From: Escherichia coli
Lineage (GTDB): Bacteria > Pseudomonadota > Gammaproteobacteria > Enterobacterales > Enterobacteriaceae
DNA length: 64,000 nt
Strand: one strand, 5' to 3'
Assembly (NCBI RefSeq): GCF_044324785.1
Contig: NZ_CP172127.1
Shown here: positions 22,401 to 31,025 of the stretch, piece after piece
How positions within the stretch are numbered: position 1 is the first letter of the stretch
Layout: each line of letters starts with the position of its first letter
Notes under the pieces: model-generated
Databases searched by the model: none
Told to the model about the DNA's origin: nothing
Seen by the model: the letters and a program-made list of their open reading frames with translations, nothing else
Position numbers and translations under genes: made by a program

Positions 22401-24324
22401 CCTGGCAGAAGTCATCACCCCGGAAGGCAAAACGCAGTATGCGTATGACAAATCCGGCAGGCTGACGGGTATCTTCAGCCCGGACGGCACATCACAGCGC
22501 ACCGGCTACGACGAACGCGGGCGGGTGAATGTCACCACTCAGGGCAGACGGGCCATTGAGTACCACCACCCCGATGAACACACCGTTATCCGCTGTATCC
22601 TGCCACCGGAAGATGAACGCGACAGACACCCCGGTGAATCCCTGCTGAAAACCACCTACCGCTACAACGCCGCCGGAGAACTGACGGAGGTTATCCTGCC
22701 GGGGGATGAGACGCTGACGTTCAGCCGTGATGAGGCAGGACGTGAAGTGCTCCGGCACAGTAACCGGGGTTTTGCCTGTGAACAGGGCTGGAATGCAGCC
22801 GGTCAGCTTACCAGCCAGCGCGCCGGATTTTTCCCGGCGGAAGCCACATGGGGCGGACTGCTCCCCTCACTGGTGCGGGAGTACCGTTACGACAGCGCGG
22901 GCAATGTGTCGGCTGTCACCAGCCGGGAAGACTACGGACGGGAAACACGGCGGGAGTACCGGCTGGACCGGAACGGCCAGGTCACAACGGTGACAGCCTC
23001 AGGCACCGGGCTGGGCTATGGCGAAGGCGACGAGACTTATGGCTATGACAGCTGCGGCTACCTGAAGGCGCAGTCTGCGGGCAGGCACCGGATAAGTGAA
23101 GAGACTGACCAGTATGCCGGAGGCCACCGGCTGAAACAGGCCGGAAACACGCAGTATGACTATGACGCCGCAGGCCGGATGGTCAGCCGCACCAGACACC
23201 GTGACGGCTACCGCCCGGAAACAGAGCGGTTCCGGTGGGACAGCCGGGACCAGCTGACCGGGTATTGCAGCGCACAGGGGGAGCAGTGGGAATACCGCCA
23301 CGACGCCAGCGGCAGGCGGACGGAAAAACGCTGCGACCGGAAGAAAATCCGTTTTACGTACCTGTGGGACGGCGACAATATTGCGGAAATCCGGGAATAC
23401 CGCGATGATAAACTGTACAGCGTACGGCACCTGGTGTTTAACGGCTTTGAGCTGGTAAGCCAGCAGTGCAGCCGGGTACGGCAGGCGCATCCGTCCGTGG
23501 CCCCGCAGTGGGTGACGCGAACGAATTATGCGGTGAGCGACCTGACAGGCCGCCCGCTGATGCTCTTTAACAGTGAAGGTAAAACCGTCTGGCGGCCGGG
23601 ACAGACCAGCCTGTGGGGGCTGGCACTCAGCCTGCCCGCAGACACCGGCTACCCGGACCCGCGCGGGGAACTGGACCCGGAAGCCCCCCCCGGCCTGCTG
23701 TATGCGGGACAGTGGCAGGATACGGAATCGGGGCTGTGCTATAACCGGTTCCGGTATTACGAGCCGGAAACCGGAATGTACCTGGTGAGTGATCCGCTGG
23801 GGTTGCAGGGAGGTGAGCAGACTTACCGGTATGTGCCTAATCCTTGTGGGTATGTTGATCCGCTGGGGCTGGCAAAAACCAGTATTATAAAATCTTCTAC
23901 AGGCAAAATCCCACAAGGGTTAACAAAAAGCGAATTTGAGATTTTTTCAAAAAAATTAAAGGATGTATTAGCCCGAGAGGGAATCTCGACAGAGAATGTG
24001 TTTGTACATGGCAGTAGAGCCAGAGGAGATGCTGTATCAGGTGTTTCAGATATTGATATAAAAGTGATCCTTAGTGATAAAGATTTTGGTGCCTTTGCAG
24101 CAAGACGTATTGCTGAGTCCTCAGGAAGGACTCGAAATTTAATCAGGAAGGCCGTTGCTAAAAATCAAAAAATAAATTCAAGAGGAATTTCTAAAACTTT
24201 TGAATCTACTGTATGGGATGAGGTTTTCACTACCTTACCAAAAGGTGAGTTTTCAAGCATTCAAGTTTCTGTTATGACCAAAACTTCACCATTCAACACT
24301 AATCCGAGTATTATATTACCATGA
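19462..24324 (+). CDS. rhs: Rhs-family polymorphic toxin: prePAAR motif + TM helices + PAAR domain + YD-repeat shell + DPxGL boundary + 150-aa C-terminal nucleotidyltransferase-like toxin domain
   Basis: 1620-aa ORF; N-terminal AARLGDEIQH (AARxxDxxxH prePAAR) then hydrophobic helices; PAAR region GSSNVFINNQPAARKGDKLECSAAIVEGSPDVFIGG; many YD repeats; core ends VSDPLGLQGGEQTYRYVPNPCGYVDPLGL; C-terminal domain is much more AT-rich and contains VHGSRARGDAVSGVSDIDIKV. Confidence 0.9.
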   Translation: MSEGPGGPQGATAGGTLAMRMLSQQAMVASQMKRAANDKAIAQMLASKKSGPPAARLGDEIQHKSFLGALAGAVLGAIVTIAEGCLIIAACATGPYALVLVPALMYASYKASDYVEEKQNQLESWINSFCDKDGAINTGSKNVNINGKPAARAAVTLPPPPLTEAIPSPPQGEPSWGDIATDLLESAAEKAVPLAKAWGNAVITLTDSNASFMDRLCAGTSLLFPYGPVLMEFATMVGGRGEIKKDVDFPEAGEDTALCDKETKPPRIAQGSSNVFINNQPAARKGDKLECSAAIVEGSPDVFIGGEQVTYLDIQPEFPPWQRMILGGITIASYLLPPAGLLGKMKNLARLGKLGNLLGKSGKLLGAKLGALLSRTKNALKNTYNVLKKFIKDPVDPVTGAYCDERTDFTLGQTLPLSFTRFHSSVLPLHGLTGVGWSDSWSEYAWVREQGNRVDIISQGATLYFAFDGDSDTAVNPYHAQYILRRRDDYLELFDRDALSSRFFYDAFPGMRLRHQVTGDTNDDRLAHSPGDRMYMLGGMSDTASNRITFERDSQYRITGVSHTDGIRLKLTYHASGYLKAIHRTDNGIQTLATYEQDERGRLTEADARLDYHLFYEYDDADRIIRWSDNDQTWSRFTYDAQGRCVTVTGAEGYYNATLDYGDGCTSVTDGKGIHRYYYDPDGNILREDAPDGSTTTYEWDEFHHLLARHSPAGRVEKFEYNAVHGQLSRYTAADGAVWQYRYDERGLLSNITDPAGQTWTQQCDERGLPVSLVSPQGEETRLAYTPQGLLSGIFRQDERRLGIEYDHHNRPETLTDVMGREHHTEYSGHDLPVKMRGPGGQSVRLQWQQHHKLSGLERAGTGAEGFRYDRHGNLLAYTDGNGVVWTMEYGPFDLPVARTDGEGHRWQYRYDKDTLQLTEVINPQGESYRYILDNCGRVTEERDWGGVVWRYRYDADGLCTARVNGLEETILYSRDAAGRLAEVITPEGKTQYAYDKSGRLTGIFSPDGTSQRTGYDERGRVNVTTQGRRAIEYHHPDEHTVIRCILPPEDERDRHPGESLLKTTYRYNAAGELTEVILPGDETLTFSRDEAGREVLRHSNRGFACEQGWNAAGQLTSQRAGFFPAEATWGGLLPSLVREYRYDSAGNVSAVTSREDYGRETRREYRLDRNGQVTTVTASGTGLGYGEGDETYGYDSCGYLKAQSAGRHRISEETDQYAGGHRLKQAGNTQYDYDAAGRMVSRTRHRDGYRPETERFRWDSRDQLTGYCSAQGEQWEYRHDASGRRTEKRCDRKKIRFTYLWDGDNIAEIREYRDDKLYSVRHLVFNGFELVSQQCSRVRQAHPSVAPQWVTRTNYAVSDLTGRPLMLFNSEGKTVWRPGQTSLWGLALSLPADTGYPDPRGELDPEAPPGLLYAGQWQDTESGLCYNRFRYYEPETGMYLVSDPLGLQGGEQTYRYVPNPCGYVDPLGLAKTSIIKSSTGKIPQGLTKSEFEIFSKKLKDVLAREGISTENVFVHGSRARGDAVSGVSDIDIKVILSDKDFGAFAARRIAESSGRTRNLIRKAVAKNQKINSRGISKTFESTVWDEVFTTLPKGEFSSIQVSVMTKTSPFNTNPSIILP

Positions 24325-24671
24325 AGAAAAAAGATATTAGATTTGCAATATCCATTAACTCCAACTTAAGTAAGATAGAATTAATGGAAAAAATTAAAAA
24401 TATAATCCCAGGGCTTATTGAAATAACTTCCAGTGCATTAAGAGAAGAAAAAAACATGGTAGTTATTGAAGAAAATGATCTTTATGACCCTATAAAAGCA
24501 GAGGGAGCTGATGGATGGATGTATTATAAATTCATATTATCCATATTCCCATTAAAGGGAGTGGAAACAACATTAGAATATCAACGGGAATTATCTTTTC
24601 TTTTCTTAAAGAAAATAAAAGATGCGGGCCTGTTGGGTGAACTTATATGCGAGGATGATTTTCATGACTGA
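24321..24671 (+). CDS. Putative cognate immunity protein (RhsI) for the Rhs C-terminal toxin
   Basis: 116-aa AT-rich ORF whose ATG overlaps the rhs stop (ATGA); position and composition typical of Rhs immunity genes; no recognisable domain. Confidence 0.6.
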   Translation: MKKKDIRFAISINSNLSKIELMEKIKNIIPGLIEITSSALREEKNMVVIEENDLYDPIKAEGADGWMYYKFILSIFPLKGVETTLEYQRELSFLFLKKIKDAGLLGELICEDDFHD

Positions 24672-24729
24672 TGACCTCTACATATATCCTCAGTTCGTGG
24701 CTGGTATTACATGATCTGACAGGGAAAGA

Positions 24730-24883
24730 TCGTGGCGAAATCAAAAAAGACGTGGATTTCCCGGAAGCCGGTGAGGACACGGCGCTCTGCGACAAGGAGA
24801 ACAAACCACCGAGGATAGCCCAGGGCAGCAGCAACGTCTTCATCAACAATCAGCCTGCCGCACGCAAAGGGGACAAACTGCAG
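24730..24883 (+). pseudogene. Displaced 154-bp fragment of the rhs PAAR-encoding region
   Basis: Near-identical to main rhs 20177-20329 (GEIKKDVDFPEAGEDTALCDKE.KPPRIAQGSSNVFINNQPAARKGDKL); preceded by CAGGGAAAGATC at 24718-24729 and truncated by the IS left end at 24881. Confidence 0.8.
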
Positions 24884-26171
24884 GGAAAGATCACGTAACG
24901 CTGCTTTTTTGTACTAAATAATTCGCATTTTATGTTTAAAAATTGAGATATTCCTCATTACCTAAAGCTGTTTTTTATTGCTTATACATGATCAAATACT
25001 CCTTACATAATTAAGGAGAACAAAATGGAACTTAAAAAATTGATGGAACATATTTCTGTTATCCCCGATTACAGACAAGCATGGAAAGTAGAACATAAAT
25101 TGTCAGATATTCTACTGTTGACTATTTGCGCCGTCATTTGTGGTGCAGAAGGCTGGGAAGATATAGAGGATTTTGGTGAAACACATCTCGATTTTTTGAA
25201 GCAATATGGTGATTTTGAAAATGGTATTCCTGTCCACGATACCATTGCCAGAGTTGTATCCTGTATCAGTCCTGCAAAATTTCACGAGTGCTTTATTAAC
25301 TGGATGCGAGATTGCCATACTTCAGATGATAAAGACGTTATTGCAATCGATGGAAAAACACTCCGGCATTCTTATGACAAGAGTCGCCGCAGGGGAGCGA
25401 TTCATGTCATTAGTGCGTTCTCAACAATGCACAGTCTGGTCATCGGACAGATCAGGACGGATGAGAAATCTAATGAGATTACAGCTATCCCAGAACTTCT
25501 TAACATGCTGGATATTAAAGGAAAAATCATCACAACTGATGCGATGGGTTGCCAGAAAGATATTGCAGAGAAGATACAAAAACAGGGCGGTGATTATTTA
25601 TTCGCTGTAAAAGGAAATCAGGGGCGGCTTAATAAAGCCTTTGAGGAAAAATTCCCACTGAAAGAATTAAATAATCCAGAGCATGATAGTTACGCAATTA
25701 GTGAAAAGAGTCACGGCAGAGAAGAAATCCGACTTCATATTGTTTGCGATGTCCCTGATGAACTTATTGATTTCACGTTTGAATGGAAAGGGCTGAAGAA
25801 ATTATGCATAGCAGTCTCCTTTCGCTCAATAATAGCAGAGCAAAAGAAAGAGCCAGAAATGACGGTCAGATATTATATCAGTTCTGCTGATTTAAACACA
25901 GAAAAGTTCGCCACAGCAATCCGAAACCACTGGCACGTGGAGAATAAGCTGCACTGGCGTCTGGATGTGGTAATGAATGAAGACGACTGCAAAATAAGAA
26001 GAGGAAATGCAGCAGAATTATTTTCAGGGATACGGCACATCGCTATTAATATTTTGACGAATGATAAGGTATTCAAGGCAGGGTTAAGACGTAAGATACG
26101 AAAAGCAGCTATGGACAGAAACTACATGGCGTCAGTCCTTGCGGGGAGCGGGCTTTCGTAATCTTTCCCTG
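24881..26171 (+). mobile_element. ISAs1-family insertion sequence (Rhs H-repeat element), copy 1, ~1.29 kb
   Basis: Terminal inverted repeats CAGGGAAAGAT... (left) and ...ATCTTTCCCTG (right); contains a 378-aa transposase ORF; second copy at 31026-32315. Confidence 0.8.
25025..26161 (+). CDS. ISAs1-family transposase (H-repeat-associated protein, YhhI/YdcC/YbfD-like)
   Basis: 378-aa [40 protein letters not shown]...; recognised as the H-rpt protein family of Rhs elements. Confidence 0.85.
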   Translation: MELKKLMEHISVIPDYRQAWKVEHKLSDILLLTICAVICGAEGWEDIEDFGETHLDFLKQYGDFENGIPVHDTIARVVSCISPAKFHECFINWMRDCHTSDDKDVIAIDGKTLRHSYDKSRRRGAIHVISAFSTMHSLVIGQIRTDEKSNEITAIPELLNMLDIKGKIITTDAMGCQKDIAEKIQKQGGDYLFAVKGNQGRLNKAFEEKFPLKELNNPEHDSYAISEKSHGREEIRLHIVCDVPDELIDFTFEWKGLKKLCIAVSFRSIIAEQKKEPEMTVRYYISSADLNTEKFATAIRNHWHVENKLHWRLDVVMNEDDCKIRRGNAAELFSGIRHIAINILTNDKVFKAGLRRKIRKAAMDRNYMASVLAGSGLS

Positions 26172-26174
26172 GAC

Positions 26175-26396
26175 ATGACGATTATTGTTCGTTCAAATCC
26201 GAGTAAAGCCGCTATTCTTGAAGAATTTTTACATGGTACACAAGAGAAACTAGGAATAGCTGAAAAATTAGGACGTTATGGACTAGGGAGTGCAGAAACG
26301 CACGTTAAGGATTTCATGATAAGACACAAAAAAATGCTTGGGTTATCTGATGAGGATGTAGCAATACTCAAAATATTGAAAGACAAGGGGTTGTGA
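26175..26396 (+). CDS. Hypothetical small protein (73 aa from MTIIV...); possibly the remnant C-terminus of a toxin domain truncated by the IS
   Basis: ORF 26139..26396 continues in frame across the IS right end; first ATG after the IS at 26175; AT-rich; stop overlaps next ORF start (ATGA). Confidence 0.3.
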   Translation: MTIIVRSNPSKAAILEEFLHGTQEKLGIAEKLGRYGLGSAETHVKDFMIRHKKMLGLSDEDVAILKILKDKGL

Positions 26397-26683
26397 TGAA
26401 TATAATTCTGCCGATAAAAGATATATTTATTATTGCGGGAAACATAGTTTTTAGCGTTTTATACAATGAACATATTGAGTTCCCATGCCGCTGCCAATTA
26501 CTATCTTCAAATTCTGAAGTTATGCAAGAGTTATATATTGAAAAAGAGTTATTTATTAAACGCACTACAGAAAATGATTGTCGTGCTTTAGTGTTAAGAG
26601 GAACATTGGAATACTTATTTGATGAAATTATTGCTGGCGATTGTGCATTGGCCTTATTACAAAAAGAAATAAAAAAAGATTAA
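26393..26683 (+). CDS. Hypothetical AT-rich protein, candidate orphan immunity protein
   Basis: 96-aa ORF translationally coupled to the upstream ORF by ATGA overlap; very AT-rich; no recognisable domain. Confidence 0.35.
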   Translation: MMNIILPIKDIFIIAGNIVFSVLYNEHIEFPCRCQLLSSNSEVMQELYIEKELFIKRTTENDCRALVLRGTLEYLFDEIIAGDCALALLQKEIKKD

Positions 26684-26895
26684 TCCAATATGTAGAACTG
26701 GACAATACCCATCTTTTAACAATGAACTTCGTAATTTTTATCTTAGAAATAATGCTACATTATATGAGGTATATCATGAAGTAATTCATGCCAAGCAATT
26801 TGCGAAAATATTTCTATCGGAGGTGCTGATGCACCATCTAATATGAGACTTATGGATATAATGACACATACAACTCATCATAAATATTACAGGCC

Positions 26896-27264
26896 TTGGG
26901 AATGATAAATAAAATAGTGAAAAAAATGTTGGTTTCATATAGCCCTAAGAAACCGGAGTCTAGGGGCGGGGATTTTGTTATTCCGTTGTTTTTTAATGAG
27001 AAAGTTTCTTTTTTTAGCATAAAAAGTGGCAAGCCAGTGCGATATGGTCTTATGGTATTTACAGGGAAAGTAATTACCATAGATGATATTCTTAGTAAAG
27101 TTCGTTTTCCTGATGTTATGAATGAGCAAAATATTCAACCGTTAATTGACTTTATTAATAACATTAGCGATTTTAAAATAGGGGATGTTATTGAAATTGA
27201 TGATAATGGTAAATTGAAAGTTGTGCCAAAATCAGCAGGACACCCTGTGAGTAAATTGCCATGA
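26896..27264 (+). CDS. Hypothetical AT-rich protein, candidate orphan immunity protein
   Basis: 122-aa ORF immediately upstream of the orphan rhs fragment; AT-rich; no recognisable domain. Confidence 0.35.
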   Translation: MGMINKIVKKMLVSYSPKKPESRGGDFVIPLFFNEKVSFFSIKSGKPVRYGLMVFTGKVITIDDILSKVRFPDVMNEQNIQPLIDFINNISDFKIGDVIEIDDNGKLKVVPKSAGHPVSKLP

Positions 27265-27289
27265 TACTTAAGGGGCCTGATTTTCTGTT

Positions 27290-30051
27290 TTTGCCAGTGG
27301 GACGAATACCATCACCTGCTGGCGAGGCTGTCTCCGGCAGGACGGCTGGAAAAGTTTGACTATCATCTGACACTCGGTCAGTTAAGCCGTTACACGGCGG
27401 CAGACGGCGCGGAGTGGCAGTACCGCTATGATGAGCGCGGCCTGCTCAGCAACATCACCGACCCTGCCGGGCAGACGTGGACACAGCAGTGCGATGAACG
27501 CGGCCTGCCGGTGAGTCTGGTGTCGCCACAGGGCGAAGAGACCCGGCTGGCGTACACCGCTCAGGGGCTGCTGTCGGGGATATTCCGCCAGGATGAACGG
27601 CGTCTGGGCATAGAGTACGACCACCACAACCGGCCGGAAACACTCACCGACGTGATGGGCCGTGAACACCACACCGAATACAGCGGTCACGACCTGCCGG
27701 TGAAGATGCGCGGCCCCGGCGGTCAGTCAGTGCGCTTACAGTGGCAGCAGCACCATAAACTGAGCGGCATTGAACGTGCTGGAACCGGCGCGGAAGGATT
27801 TCGCTATGACCGCCACGGCAACCTGCTGGCCTGGACGGACGGCAACGGTGTTGACTGGACAATGGAATACGGCCCGTTTGATTTGCCGGTGGCGCGAACG
27901 GACGGTGAAGGCCACCGCTGGCAGTACCGCTACGATAAAGACACGCTGCAACTGACAGAAGTCATCAATCCGCAGGGCGAGTCATACCGTTATATTCTCG
28001 ACAACTGTGGGCGGGTGACGGAAGAGCATGACTGGGGCGGCGTGGTCTGGCGTTACCGCTATGACGCCGATGGTCTGTGTACCGCCAGGGTTAACGGCCT
28101 GGAGGAAACCATCCTCTACAGCCGGGACGCCGCAGGCCGCCTGGCAGAAGTCATCACCCCGGAAGGGAAAACGCAGTATGCGTATGACAAATCCGGCAGG
28201 CTGACGGGTATCTTCAGCCCGGACGGCACATCACAGCGCACCGGCTACGACGAACGCGGGCGGGTGAATGTCACCACTCAGGGCCGACGGGCCATTGAAT
28301 ACCACCACCCCGATGAACACACCGTCATCCGCTGTATCCTGCCACCGGAAGATGAACGCGACAGACACCCCGGTGAATCCCTGCTGAAAACCACCTACCG
28401 CTACAACGCCGCCGGAGAACTGACGGAGGTTATCCTGCCGGGGGATGAGACGCTGACGTTCAGCCGTGATGAGGCAGGACGTGAAGTGCTCCGGCACAGT
28501 AACCGGGGTTTTGCCTGTGAACAGGGCTGGAATGCAGCCGGTCAGCTTACCAGCCAGCGCGCCGGATTTTTCCCGGCGGAAGCCACATGGGGCGGACTGC
28601 TCCCCTCACTGGTGCGGGAGTACCGTTACGACAGCGCGGGCAATGTGTCGGCTGTCACCAGCCGGGAAGACTACGGACGGGAAACACGGCGGGAGTACCG
28701 GCTGGACCGGAACGGCCAGGTCACAACGGTGACAGCCTCAGGCACCGGGCTGGGCTATGGCGAAGGCGACGAGACTTATGGCTATGACAGCTGCGGCTAC
28801 CTGAAGGCGCAGTCTGCGGGCAGGCACCGGATAAGTGAAGAGACTGACCAGTATGCCGGAGGCCACCGGCTGAAACAGGCCGGAAACACGCAGTATGACT
28901 ATGACGCCGCAGGCCGGATGGTCAGCCGCACCAGACACCGTGACGGCTACCGCCCGGAAACAGAGCGGTTCCGGTGGGACAGCCGGGACCAGCTGACCGG
29001 GTATTGCAGCGCACAGGGGGAGCAGTGGGAATACCGCCACGACGCCAGCGGCAGGCGGACGGAAAAACGCTGCGACCGGAAGAAAATCCGTTTTACGTAC
29101 CTGTGGGACGGCGACAATATTGCGGAAATCCGGGAATACCGCGATGATAAACTGTACAGCGTACGGCACCTGGTGTTTAACGGCTTTGAGCTGGTAAGCC
29201 AGCAGTGCAGCCGGGTACGGCAGGCGCATCCGTCCGTGGCCCCGCAGTGGGTGACGCGAACGAATTATGCGGTGAGCGACCTGACAGGCCGCCCGCTGAT
29301 GCTCTTTAACAGTGAAGGTAAAACCGTCTGGCGGCCGGGACAGACCAGCCTGTGGGGGCTGGCACTCAGCCTGCCCGCAGACACCGACTACCCGGACCCG
29401 CGCGGGGAGCTGGACCCGGAAGCCGACCCCGGCCTGCTGTATGCAGGACAGTGGCAGGATACGGAATCAGGGCTGTGCTATAACCGGTTCCGGTACTACG
29501 AGCCGGAAACCGGAATGTACCTGGTGAGTGATCCGCTGGGGTTGCAGGGGGGTGAGCAGACTTACCGGTATGTGCCGAATCCTTTAAGATATAAAGATTT
29601 CTATGGGCTTAGTAAGAGTTCAATAATAACGAGAGGAAAGAATGCTGGTCATGGCTATGCAGCCAGCGTTACACCTGGAGGCAAAGGTACGGTGTTGGCT
29701 GGTCACGGAGGATCAAAATTTGGCGATAAAATGATTATACCAGAAGGCGTATCGATAACGATGCCGAGAGATGGTATTAAAATATCAGATATGACTGGAA
29801 AATTACTGGAATCTGGTAATGTGGATGATATAATTAAAGCTGCAAGTAATAATCCTCGTGTAGCTAGCGATCTTGAAGGTTGGGTTACTTATTTGCCCGG
29901 CACTGAAATCCCTGATTATATTTTAAAACCACCCACCAATCTTAACATACTGGAAAATTCAGTAACGGTGAACACTTCAACTTATTTATCTCAAATGGTA
30001 AATGCTGGTCAAGGTAATGTAATCTGGGCTGCATGCACCGAATTTTTTTAA
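27290..30051 (+). pseudogene. rhs: Orphan rhs module: 3' part of the rhs core (no in-frame start; reading frame opens at 27255) fused to an alternative ~155-aa C-terminal toxin domain
   Basis: Homology to main rhs begins ~27290 (main 21565) and is near-identical from 27385; frame has a stop at 27252-27254 and no ATG until 27511; core ends ...DPLGLQGGEQTYRYVPNP then diverges (LRYKDFYGLSKSSIITRGKNAGHGYAAS...). Confidence 0.8.
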
Positions 30052-30065
30052 CGCGGGGTAATCGT

Positions 30066-30548
30066 ATGTATTTTAAAGATGATACTGACTATACATATTT
30101 CCTTCCTAATGAATATTTTTTACACGGGGTGAAAAATGTGGGCTGGATAGACAGAGAACACCCCTTCACAAAAGGGATTAGTGACGCTGAATTTATTGAA
30201 AAGTTAAAAGCAATAATTCTAACAGAGAATGAAGCAACTTGTTTTTCAGTTAATAAAATAAGAGGATTTCACAAATGTAATTTTTGCAATAGTGAAATGA
30301 TAACAATAACCGATGGAAGAAAAAAAGGATACCTTGGCATGAGTGAAATATGGATTCCATCCATCCACCATAATGAGTATTACGCGTTTCCTTCATTAAT
30401 TTTCCATTATATAACATCTCACATGTATAGACCACCAGAGGACTTTATTGTATCTGTTTTAAACTTGAATTTAAGCGAGAGTTTTTGCGCTCAAAACATA
30501 TATGACAATAAAATTAAGGAATTAAAAATAGACTTCTGGTTTCGTTAA
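30066..30548 (+). CDS. Putative immunity protein for the orphan Rhs C-terminal domain
   Basis: ATG at 30066, 15 bp after the orphan rhs stop; 160 aa, AT-rich, contains CNFCN and His-rich segment; no recognisable domain. Confidence 0.5.
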   Translation: MYFKDDTDYTYFLPNEYFLHGVKNVGWIDREHPFTKGISDAEFIEKLKAIILTENEATCFSVNKIRGFHKCNFCNSEMITITDGRKKGYLGMSEIWIPSIHHNEYYAFPSLIFHYITSHMYRPPEDFIVSVLNLNLSESFCAQNIYDNKIKELKIDFWFR

Positions 30549-30567
30549 AGCTGGTAATTTAACTTAT

Positions 30568-30660
30568 CGGGAATACCGCTATGATGGCAGTTTCAGACGG
30601 ACGGAGAAATGCTGTCAGCAAAAAGACTTCCGCTTCGCGTATCTGTGGGGCATGGGGATA
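30568..30660 (+). pseudogene. Short fragment of a divergent rhs core 3' region
   Basis: Translates to EYRYDGSFRRTEKCCQQKDFRFAYLWG, resembling but not identical to the resident core EYRHDASGRRTEKRCDRKKIRFTYLWDG. Confidence 0.5.
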
Positions 30661-30726
30661 ATTTATCTTCATCAATTGATATATTGATTAATGGCAAGGA
30701 GGCCATTGAAATTCCGTAAGGCCAAC

Positions 30727-30912
30727 TTGATATGACGCCTGGCACACAGCCCCGGTGACCGGATGTATATGCTGGGCGGGATGAGCGACACCGCCAGCAA
30801 CCGCATCACGTTTGAGCGCGACAGCCAGTACCGGATCACGGGTGTCAGTCACACCGACGGGATCCGGCTTAAACTGACGTACCACGCCAGCGGCTACCTG
30901 AAAGCCATTCAC
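30727..30912 (+). pseudogene. Rhs core fragment (copy of main rhs ~21040-21225) truncated by an IS left end
   Basis: Encodes RLAHSPGDRMYMLGGMSDTASNRITFERDSQYRITGVSHTDGIRLKLTYHASGYLKAIHR, near-identical to the main rhs; followed by CAGGGAAAGATCACG at 30915. Confidence 0.8.
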
Positions 30913-30914
30913 CG

Positions 30915-31025
30915 CAGGGAAAGATCACGTAACGCTGCTTTTTTGTACTAAGCAATTCGCATTTTATGTTCAGTATTTGAGATACTCCTTATAACACAAA
31001 CCTGTTTTTCATAGCTTATATATGT
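30915..31025 (+). repeat. Partial duplicate of the ISAs1 left end (~110 bp) upstream of the complete copy 2
   Basis: CAGGGAAAGATCACGTAACGCTGCTTTTTTGTACTAA... matches the IS left end, then a second left end begins at 31026. Confidence 0.7.

Noticed and set aside
20149-23916. Long minus-strand ORFs (495 aa and 305 aa) inside the rhs gene, with counterparts at 28738-29229 in the orphan copy
   Set aside because: Antisense to the GC-rich YD-repeat core; Rhs cores regularly generate long antisense open frames; the sense frame has clear PAAR and YD-repeat content
24671-24898. 75-aa ORF starting at the immunity gene stop (ATGA overlap)
   Set aside because: Its coding content is the displaced PAAR fragment plus IS-terminal sequence; it is a by-product of the rearrangement, recorded as a pseudogene fragment rather than a gene
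19462-30051. Possibility that the repeated rhs sequence is a CRISPR array or simple tandem repeat
   Set aside because: The repeats are kilobase-scale gene duplicates (main rhs versus orphan core and fragments), not short regularly spaced direct repeats with unique spacers
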